Shown: piece by piece, positions 38,776 to 46,818 of the stretch
How the letters are laid out: the number at the start of each line of letters is the position of its first letter
Numbering within the stretch: position 1 is the first letter of the stretch
NCBI GenBank assembly: GCA_964035545.1
Contig: OZ037771.1
Span: 5,241,190-5,305,189 of the forward strand
From: Bugula neritina
Taxonomy: Eukaryota; Animalia; Bryozoa
Direction: 5' to 3'
DNA length: 64,000 nucleotides
The notes under the pieces: model-generated
Databases searched by the model: none
The model's input: the letters and a program-made list of their open reading frames with translations, nothing else
Told to the model about the DNA's origin: nothing
Made by a program: the position numbers and the translations under genes

Positions 38776-39642
38776 ATGGAGACTGAAAACGCTGGAATGC
38801 AACCACCCCCAGTAGAAGGTGAGCGTAGAAATGCTGTTAACCCTGTAAACTATGAAGGAGAAGAAGCTTATAGACATTACTTGAAAGCTCCCACCTTTAC
38901 TGGGTCGGAAGATGTCGAACAATTCATACAAGAATTTAGAGAAGTAATGGAAGTTGCTCAATGGCCGCATAGAGTGGCCCTCATTCAGTTGCGGAGAGCA
39001 GTGACGGAGCAAGCCAAGCCGTACGGAGTGGGAACGGACGTAAACGGCATACTGGCTGCGCTGCGGGCCCGTTTTGGCACCTCCGTCATAGACGCTAGGA
39101 CCAAGCTGGAGAGATTGTGCCGCACCCCGCGGACCTCGCTGCAAGAACATGCCGCGACGGTGAAGAAGCTGGCGCAGATTGCATATAGCGACCTACCAGC
39201 ACAACACCAAGAGCGTTACACCTATGACGCCTTTGTCCAGTCCCTAAACGACCTGGGCCTAGACCATCACCTACGAGCTAAAGGGATAACCAGAATGGAG
39301 GATGCCCTGAAGGCTGGAGAAGCTTACCTGTTGGCTACCCAAATGCATCGAGCACAGCGGAACCCACCAGTAGTTGGAGTCAGCGCTGCTCGGGCTACGA
39401 CAGGCTCCGAAGCCCTCCCGCTGGAAGCCGAAGTGGACCGTATGGTAGAGATGCTGGGACAATTGGTAACCATTCTGGCTGGTGCTGGCCCCGGTCAGGC
39501 CTTGCGGATGCCCCCAACACCTGTGGGGCAAGGCTGGAGTAGCGCTGATCAGGACCAGAGACAGGAAGGACGACCCCAATACCAGGGGGCGTTAAACTGT
39601 CACGGCCCGCGGACATTCTCCCTCCCCGCGGGCCGCAACTAA
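38776..39642 (+). CDS. gag: Gag (capsid-like, 288 aa; no CCHC knuckle visible)
   Basis: First ORF after the PBS; APTFTGSEDVEQFIQEF...AALRARFG...TSLQEHA..VKKLAQIAY..FVQSL. Confidence 0.9.
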   Translation: METENAGMQPPPVEGERRNAVNPVNYEGEEAYRHYLKAPTFTGSEDVEQFIQEFREVMEVAQWPHRVALIQLRRAVTEQAKPYGVGTDVNGILAALRARFGTSVIDARTKLERLCRTPRTSLQEHAATVKKLAQIAYSDLPAQHQERYTYDAFVQSLNDLGLDHHLRAKGITRMEDALKAGEAYLLATQMHRAQRNPPVVGVSAARATTGSEALPLEAEVDRMVEMLGQLVTILAGAGPGQALRMPPTPVGQGWSSADQDQRQEGRPQYQGALNCHGPRTFSLPAGRN

Positions 39643-39651
39643 AGGAGTATG
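39591..39651 (+). promoter_or_regulatory. candidate -1 ribosomal frameshift signal (G TTA AAC, 10-bp stem, possible pseudoknot)
   Basis: Heptamer 39591-39597 in gag phase; stem 39603-39612 / 39626-39635; the -1 frame has no stop from 39549 into pol. Confidence 0.8.
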
Positions 39652-39815
39652 GTGGAACACGCCGTCGGCTGTCCGTACGGACGCGGCGGAACATTCTACC
39701 CGAGTGGCAGGTACCACGCAGGACTAGTAGGCCCGCACAACGGCCCAGTACCTTTTCCCTGCCACTCGCTAACCGGTTTCACCGGTTACCTCGGGAGGAG
39801 GAGCCCGCCACTGAA

Positions 39816-42800
39816 ATGAAGCCAGAAGGCCCAGTGGAGAGGCCCAAACCCCGCCGGCACCAACCTCGCCGCCGGAAGCCCCGTAAACCACGGGTGAAAC
39901 CCCCGCCGTCCTGTCAAACCAAGACAGCACATGCGGGGGGGGTGAAAGTACAACCACATGGAGAGAGCTATTTCCTACCCGGAAAGGTGGCCGGCAACGC
40001 CGTCACTTTCCTGCTCGACTCCGGTTGTACTACCAACCTTCTCAGCCGTAGAGTCTTTGAGGCACTGCCCCGCCGGGACAGGGATAGAGTACGACCGTAT
40101 ACTGGAGAACATGGCACCCTGGCAGACGGGTCATGTATCCCCTTTTATGGTATTATCGAGCTCCCTGGGCGTGTCCGAGATCAGGCTGTACAGGAGACCT
40201 TTATCATAGGTCAACTGGAAGAAGATGCTATCCTCGGAATGCCCTTCTTGAAGCAGCACCAGTGCCGAATAGATTTCAGTAGGTCGGTGGTGCTGATGGG
40301 CGGGCGAGAACTCGCCTGTGTGGATAAGTTTGGGCGTCCCCTGGTGGGCGGTGTTCAGGTAGTTCGAAACTGCACCGTACCCGGACGCTCCAGAGCTACT
40401 ATCCACTGCCGAGTGAACAGCAACCGGATAGCCAGGCTCGGGGTCGTTGAAAGCGCGCACGAAAAGATCCAACTCGCCAGTAGTTTAAACCGACTAACTG
40501 AGCGAGGGGAGGTCTTAGTGCAGTGCGTCAACCCCTTTACCGAGCCCATTGAGCTCCCAGCTGGGTCAATGCTGGGCCGGTTCCATTCCGTCCAGGAAGA
40601 GGACGTGGGCCCGTCGCTGGGTGACGCGACGGAGGCACCCCCTCGACACCCTATTCAGGGGCGAGGGGCAGTCCCGACACATCTCCGGGAGTTATACGAA
40701 ACAGCCAGTGGCGGCTGCGCGAGTAACAGAGAACGCCAAGCTATGGCCAAGTTACTACGCGACTACGGTGATGTGTTCAGCAGCGGGGAGAATGACGTGG
40801 GACTGACTGGAATTGTCAGACACGAAATACCGCTGACTGCAGGGACAGTCCCTGTCCGGCAGCCCACGCGCAGGCTGGGGCCGGAGAAAGAGAAGGAGGT
40901 TAGCCGACAAGTACGGGATCTTCTGGACCGGGGACTGATAGAGCCCGCCCATAGTGCGTGGAGCTCGCCAGTCGTACTGGTCCGGAAGAAAGACGGCAGT
41001 TGGCGGTTCTGTGTGGACTACCGCAAACTCAATAGCGTAACCATACAGGACGCCTACCCTCTACCTCGTATTGACGAGTCATTGGACGCCCTAGCCGGCA
41101 GCAAGTACTTCAGTACGTTAGACTTGCTAAGCGGCTATTGGCAGGTTCCTCTGAGTCCCGACGCCCAAGAGAAAGCGGCGTTTATCACACGGGACGGTTT
41201 GTGGAAGTGGAAGGTGCTGCCCTTCGGGTTAACCTCCGCCCCAGCCACCTTCCAGAGGCTGATGGAACAAGTCCTTAGCGGACTCCATTGGAAGACACTG
41301 CTGGTCTACCTCGATGATGTCATCGTAATCTCTCCAGACTTCGAGACACATGTCAGTCGTCTGCAGGAGGTTTTCGAGAGACTCCGAGGTGCCGGTCTTA
41401 AGCTCAAACCTTCCAAGTGCGCTCTGTTGCAGCCGGAGGTCAAGTACCTGGGGCACGTTGTCGGTCGAAACGGCGTGGCAACGGATCCCGAAAAGGTACG
41501 GGCAGTAGAAGACTGGGTCACCCCCCAAGACTTGACCGGACTCCGGGCTTTCTTGGGGCTGGTAGGGTATTACAGGCAATACATACCAGACTTTGCGGGC
41601 ATAGCCCAGCCGTTAAACCGGCTTACCGCAAAGGGAGTGACGTGGCAGTGGACTCCAGTCGAACAAGAAGCGTTCGACCGCCTCAAGGGCTGCCTCCTAA
41701 CGGCGCCCATCTTGGCCTACCCAGACCCCACTCTGGAGTACATCCTAGACACGGACGCCAGTGACCAGAATGTTGGCGCTGTGCTGTCACAAGTGCAGGA
41801 AGGCCGAGAAGTAGTAGTAGCCTACTACAGCAAATCTCTCTCTCCCGCTGAACGAAATTACTGCACTACCCGCAAGGAGCTGCTGGCAGTAATCAAGTCA
41901 GTGAAGCACTTCAGACCATACCTATATGGCAGGAAGTTCCGGCTGCGTACGGATCATGCCTCGCTGATCTGGTTGTGCAGGAGAGCAGAGCCTTCCAGTC
42001 AGGTCGCCCGGTGGCTCGAAATCCTAGCTGAATTCTCGTACCGGATCGAACACCGACCGGGCAAGAGACACAGCAATGCGGATGGGTTGAGTCGCCGACC
42101 TGACGGAGGTTGCAAACAGTGTCTCAACATCGAGAGGAGGGATGGAGGTCCCCCACGATGCGAGTTGGAGACGCTGGCTCATCACGGAGCACCGTTTGAC
42201 TGGGATCAAGGTCAACTCAGGCAAAGAGTTGATGAGTCCCCGGAGGATGTACAAAACCTCCGCGCCAACCCTGTACTGGCCGGTAATGTTCGAGAGCTGA
42301 AGAAGCTCCAAGAGGAGCTGCCTGGAGTCGTGGCAGACATCTACCGGGCCAAAAAGGAAGGGCGACGACCCAGCGAGGAACGCATACGACAGGGATGCGC
42401 CGAGTTCCGGCTATACTGTCAGCGTTGGGACTCGCTGCGGATCGGGCAGGATGGGTTGCTAACCATCTCTCTAGCTGCCAGCGGCAGACACCCGGAAAGG
42501 AAGAGGGTAGTCTGCCCCACAGCCATCCGCCGTGAGTTGATTTGGGATACCCACAAGCAGGCCCACGCAGGGGTCAAGCGAGTGATATCCAAATTACGAC
42601 TCCGGTGGTATTGGCCGCAGATGGAGCGTGACGTCCGGCTCAGAGTCAAACAGTGTGAGATCTGCCAGGCCAGTAAGCATAGCCGCCCCCCTGGTGAAGC
42701 AGGACGGAGGAGGCTATATGCTGGTAGGCCCTGGCAAGTAGTCGCTGTAGACCTGGTCGGACCCATGCCCCTGACCCCCAGAGGCAATAATTGGATCCTA

Positions 42801-44216
42801 GTACTAACCGACCACTTTACTAGGTGGGCGGATGCTCTGGCTATCCCAGATGCGTCAGCCCCAACAGTGGCCAGGGCACTAGACCAACATGTATTCTGTT
42901 ATTTTGGGCTTCCCGAACAGATACACTCTGATCAAGGCGCTCAATTCCAGTCTCAACTGATGAGCGACCTTTGCCACCTCTGGGGAGTAAATCAGAGCAG
43001 GACCACCCCCTACCACCCTCAAGGTAACGGGGTGGTGGAGCGCAACAACCGGATGCTAGGTGATGCGCTCCGGAGTCTCCTCCTTGGACGAGGTCAAGAG
43101 GAATGGGATACGGTGTTGCCGCAAGTCATGCGTGCATACCGTAGCACCCCACACACCAGTACTGGTGAGACCCCAAACCTCTTGATGCTCGGGAGAGAGA
43201 CTCGTGTCCCTGACCATCTCACCTATCACGTTCCAGAGCAGGATAACTCAGTCCACGAGTATGCCAGTGAACTAGTGGAACGGATGAAGGCCGCACACGA
43301 GATACTGCGTCAACAGCAGTGGAAGGTGCGGCACGAAGATTCCGATGAACCACCCCTCTATCAGAGAGGAGATAAGGTGTGGATGGTCAATTACCGTAGG
43401 CGCCGCGGACAGGCTGATAAGCTGAAGCCTAAGTTCGTAGGCCCCTACGTGGTCGTCGAGGCTATGCCCAATCATACGTACAAGATTGAGCGCTCAGGAC
43501 AGGTGTCTATCCAGAATGAGTCTCGCTTGAAACCGTATTGGGCTAGCCCTGACGGCGTGGGAGAAGCCCCCCCGTTGTTAGAGCCCAGGAGGCAGACAAC
43601 GACGCGCGGGCGACGGCGGCATGGACCTGAATACGAAGTGGTCATACCGCGGGAGGAAAACTTGGTGAGAGAGGAGCGGCAGCTTTTGTCAACAGAAGCG
43701 TGCCCGCCACCGCCAAGTCTAATTCCATCACTTCCAGAAACCGAGCCGGTTCCGGAAGTGCAAACCCCCACGGAGGGAGGGGCTCCATCCGGAGAACAAG
43801 AAGAGGTGACTACTAACGGTGAAGTAGAGACGCCATTTGAGGCCCCTACTAACGAACCGGCAAGCGTGTCACCCCCCCTAGAAAGGGGACAGCGTACGAG
43901 GAAACCCCCACCGTATTTGAAAGACTTCATATGTGACTGCATCAGAAGCGGCGCATATGAAAGTCTAGGGGAAAACCGTACGATAAAATGTTGGAGTTGT
44001 GAACCCCACGCAAATATCAACTTTTGCGAGGGCGGAATAGTGGGAGGAATTAATGCGCGTAAAGCAAATAGTTCCGACCTCGTGCCTCAGAAACGATGCT
44101 CAGCCTTTTCTTATGCTGACATCGCCAAAGGCAGACGTATCCCACAACCAGCTCCAACCTTACCAAGAACGTTGAGTATGGACATTAATACCGAGTTCCC
44201 AGGTAAGCCAGTATAA
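39816..44216 (+). CDS. pol: Pol polyprotein (aspartic protease, RT, RNase H, integrase); frame open from 39549, probably expressed as Gag-Pol
   Basis: LLDSGC; WRFCVDYRKLN, LPFGL, YLDD; DTDAS, TDHASL; H-x3-H...CEIC, DLVGP / SDQG / VERNN; GPY motif; RTRKPPPYLKDF. Confidence 0.97.
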   Translation: MKPEGPVERPKPRRHQPRRRKPRKPRVKPPPSCQTKTAHAGGVKVQPHGESYFLPGKVAGNAVTFLLDSGCTTNLLSRRVFEALPRRDRDRVRPYTGEHGTLADGSCIPFYGIIELPGRVRDQAVQETFIIGQLEEDAILGMPFLKQHQCRIDFSRSVVLMGGRELACVDKFGRPLVGGVQVVRNCTVPGRSRATIHCRVNSNRIARLGVVESAHEKIQLASSLNRLTERGEVLVQCVNPFTEPIELPAGSMLGRFHSVQEEDVGPSLGDATEAPPRHPIQGRGAVPTHLRELYETASGGCASNRERQAMAKLLRDYGDVFSSGENDVGLTGIVRHEIPLTAGTVPVRQPTRRLGPEKEKEVSRQVRDLLDRGLIEPAHSAWSSPVVLVRKKDGSWRFCVDYRKLNSVTIQDAYPLPRIDESLDALAGSKYFSTLDLLSGYWQVPLSPDAQEKAAFITRDGLWKWKVLPFGLTSAPATFQRLMEQVLSGLHWKTLLVYLDDVIVISPDFETHVSRLQEVFERLRGAGLKLKPSKCALLQPEVKYLGHVVGRNGVATDPEKVRAVEDWVTPQDLTGLRAFLGLVGYYRQYIPDFAGIAQPLNRLTAKGVTWQWTPVEQEAFDRLKGCLLTAPILAYPDPTLEYILDTDASDQNVGAVLSQVQEGREVVVAYYSKSLSPAERNYCTTRKELLAVIKSVKHFRPYLYGRKFRLRTDHASLIWLCRRAEPSSQVARWLEILAEFSYRIEHRPGKRHSNADGLSRRPDGGCKQCLNIERRDGGPPRCELETLAHHGAPFDWDQGQLRQRVDESPEDVQNLRANPVLAGNVRELKKLQEELPGVVADIYRAKKEGRRPSEERIRQGCAEFRLYCQRWDSLRIGQDGLLTISLAASGRHPERKRVVCPTAIRRELIWDTHKQAHAGVKRVISKLRLRWYWPQMERDVRLRVKQCEICQASKHSRPPGEAGRRRLYAGRPWQVVAVDLVGPMPLTPRGNNWILVLTDHFTRWADALAIPDASAPTVARALDQHVFCYFGLPEQIHSDQGAQFQSQLMSDLCHLWGVNQSRTTPYHPQGNGVVERNNRMLGDALRSLLLGRGQEEWDTVLPQVMRAYRSTPHTSTGETPNLLMLGRETRVPDHLTYHVPEQDNSVHEYASELVERMKAAHEILRQQQWKVRHEDSDEPPLYQRGDKVWMVNYRRRRGQADKLKPKFVGPYVVVEAMPNHTYKIERSGQVSIQNESRLKPYWASPDGVGEAPPLLEPRRQTTTRGRRRHGPEYEVVIPREENLVREERQLLSTEACPPPPSLIPSLPETEPVPEVQTPTEGGAPSGEQEEVTTNGEVETPFEAPTNEPASVSPPLERGQRTRKPPPYLKDFICDCIRSGAYESLGENRTIKCWSCEPHANINFCEGGIVGGINARKANSSDLVPQKRCSAFSYADIAKGRRIPQPAPTLPRTLSMDINTEFPGKPV

Positions 44217-44233
44217 GTCTTGTATTCCTATTC

Positions 44234-45307
44234 ATGGAAACGGGCTCGATGCCAGTAAATTCTGAACTAATTCAGCAGATTGAATCAGAATTACTGGGAA
44301 CCACGTTTCATGTGAATGACGATGAAGACACTGTAATGGCCGACGGTCTGTTAGACCTGGAGCTAGACACTGTTCTTGGTCAGTCCACACATGATTCATC
44401 AGTTCCTCGAGTGCATTCCAAAAGCTGTGACTCTCAGGCTAGCAACGGTCGACAGTCACTAGAATTATGTTGTAAAGATCCACCGCGATCTAACAATAAT
44501 TCTACTCTTGTAGACACACTCGCACCCGTCTCTACGGACATGCCTTCTCTAGAGATGGCATGGGACCCGGAGCCGGCCCCAACAACTCCTACCACCAGGC
44601 AACTACCACCCCAGTTGGAAGCAACCTCCAACTGGATTACCCCTGCCACAGAGAGGGAAATCAGGACCCATCAAGGAGGTGAAAGTAATCGTGAATGCAA
44701 CCTCTGCCAGCAGCGATTCACAACCCACCGCAGACTAAAGGTGCACTTGCCGCAGCACTACATCACCACTTTCTGCCCTTGCGGAGAATATAGCTATAAC
44801 CGTGATTACCTGCTGCGGCACCAACGTACTATGCAGTGCTATCAAGGACATGTCTATGAAGTAGACGAATCATCATATCCTGCCTTTCTCAACGCCATTA
44901 AACCACTCATCACTGACTCAGCTCGGCTATCTCGCCTGGAGCAAGGCTTCCCTTCCCCGCGACCTATCATCTCTGGAGCCACAGATAAACCTACACAGTC
45001 TGCTAACTCTCCACCTCACAGTCCTGTACGCATGCCGCATACCTTTCCTCGTGTCGTACTACAGAGAGTAGACACAAATGCATATACACTCCCTCCTCCT
45101 CTTCCATCCTCAGAGCGGAAACGACACAGGCAACCAACTTCCTCTCGCTCGTCCCCCTGGGCCCGTAACCTACGTGAGGTAGAAGCTAGGGCGCATGACT
45201 TGGAGCAAGAAGTCTACAGGCTGGCCCCACGAATACAAGCAGCCTCCAGTGAACTCAAATACTTACAGGAGTCGATTAAACGCATGAAGCGTGCGGCCCG
45301 CAATTAA
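44234..45307 (+). CDS. retrotransposon accessory ORF3: acidic N-terminus, C2H2 + C2HC-like zinc fingers, basic patch, C-terminal coiled coil (357 aa)
   Basis: CNLC-x12-HLPQH followed by CPC-x12-H-x5-C; ERKRHR; LREVEARAHDLEQEVYRL...LKYLQESIKRMKR; lies inside the LTRs; no signal peptide or TM segment. Confidence 0.85.
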   Translation: METGSMPVNSELIQQIESELLGTTFHVNDDEDTVMADGLLDLELDTVLGQSTHDSSVPRVHSKSCDSQASNGRQSLELCCKDPPRSNNNSTLVDTLAPVSTDMPSLEMAWDPEPAPTTPTTRQLPPQLEATSNWITPATEREIRTHQGGESNRECNLCQQRFTTHRRLKVHLPQHYITTFCPCGEYSYNRDYLLRHQRTMQCYQGHVYEVDESSYPAFLNAIKPLITDSARLSRLEQGFPSPRPIISGATDKPTQSANSPPHSPVRMPHTFPRVVLQRVDTNAYTLPPPLPSSERKRHRQPTSSRSSPWARNLREVEARAHDLEQEVYRLAPRIQAASSELKYLQESIKRMKRAARN

Positions 45308-45567
45308 CTCGAGTCTACCTACCACTCCCTACCACTCATTCCCCTACCTCTCTGTGGCATTCCCTACCGTAATGGTGGCACGTACTCTATATGTAGATAG
45401 GACCTTCTCTTGCTTATTACTTAGTGCACGATATATATACCTGTATATTTTTTACCAGTTGTTGTTTTTTTTTATATATTATATACTTTTATGTTGTTCT
45501 CTTACCCCCCAACGAAGTATACGTTTTTTTTGTGAATCTTATTTTATCAGAAAGTGGGCTTTCTGCT

Positions 45568-45578
45568 GGAGGGGGCAG
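45568..45578 (+). promoter_or_regulatory. polypurine tract
   Basis: ggagggggcag immediately before the 3' LTR. Confidence 0.8.
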
Positions 45579-45882
45579 TGTGGTGGCTCGTGGAGCTACC
45601 AGCAACACAATACGCAAGGTTGCGTATTGACCCGGAACAATGTATTAGCCAATTAACTAAGCTGTTTGATAAGTAATAGTAGCCGCTTCGCGCTACTAGC
45701 TCAGTGGAGGATAGTGCTGTAAATTAAGTAGACGTGCGTATCATTACTGTTGTGCATTGGATTTTATTATGTATTCTTGTATTAAATATAACAATATCTA
45801 CTCGACTTAACTGGTGAAGTTTCTCTAGTGTTAAATAGACTCTCTTGGTGGCACATCAACCCTAAATCTGAAAATTATAACA
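45579..45882 (+). repeat. 3' LTR
   Basis: Identical to the 5' LTR; followed by TSD ATAC. Confidence 0.97.
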
Positions 45883-46818
45883 ATACCCATAATGATAGTA
45901 ATGTTCATACTGATAGTGTCAGTGCTAGTGCTACTCATACTCATATTGATGGGGTATGGGTATTAGTATAATATTGATGGTGAAACACAAACTGAATGTG
46001 GGACAACTACAATGTGAGTGTATCATTGTCGAATGTGATTGTCAATGTAAGAATAATTGTTTACTTGTAGTTCACAGTTGTGGCTGCAATATAAACATAA
46101 TAATTTAATGTCATTTTTATTATTATAGGTATTATATTATTACTGATAAATAAAAATAAATTAAATATAAATAAATAATAAGTACATATAATAATAATAT
46201 GAATCTGAATGTAATTGTTATTGTATGAGTGTGAGACTCAGGCTGCATCAGTCTCACTCGTACTGATAGTCATAGTGATAGTGATACTCGCAGTGACCAG
46301 TGGTGATTACAATTTAATTTACTGGTAATCATGATACTGATAGTCATACTTATACTGATACTGACTGGTGATTTTAAAAGTTATAGTGATACTAATACTA
46401 ATATTTAGCACCAACAGTTAATAATAAAGGCAGTATTAATATTAGTAATGACAGTAGATGATGCATAATGTTATGCTTATTACCATATACTTATAATTAA
46501 TAATATTATTATTACTGTCATAACTATGGTTATAAGACTGTTTTATAGTCATGGTTAGAAAAGTAAAAATATTTTCCAAAGTATATATAATATATAGAAC
46601 ATTTATATATATATGAGTAAAGTATATTAACAGTTATAGTAATTCTAAATGCTTTGTAAGTGCTTCATACTCACTCTTAGACATATAACAATAGTAATAT
46701 TTAAAACTATTTTCGTGAAGTTATATAGTGTGAGTGTAACTTTTTGTAGTGGTATAAAATTTCAGTCTGAGTCAATTTATGCTTTTCATTCTTTAGACTG
46801 ATAAATGTTTAATTCTTT

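Larger units (their letters stand above)
38439..45882 (+). mobile_element. full-length Ty3/Gypsy LTR retrotransposon, 7444 bp, three ORFs
   Basis: Identical 304-bp LTRs, TSD ATAC at 38435-38438 and 45883-45886, PBS, PPT, gag, pol with PR-RT-RH-IN order, extra ORF3. Confidence 0.98.

Noticed and set aside
43472-44020. 182-aa antisense ORF and other short ORFs overlapping gag/pol
   Set aside because: Expected shadows in GC-rich coding DNA; no recognisable motifs
44203-44278. Short intron from the pol donor to ttcag/cag at 44275 or 44278
   Set aside because: A phase-1 donor joined to these phase-0 acceptors is out of frame with ORF3
44234-45307. ORF3 as retroviral env
   Set aside because: No signal peptide or transmembrane anchor; has zinc fingers instead
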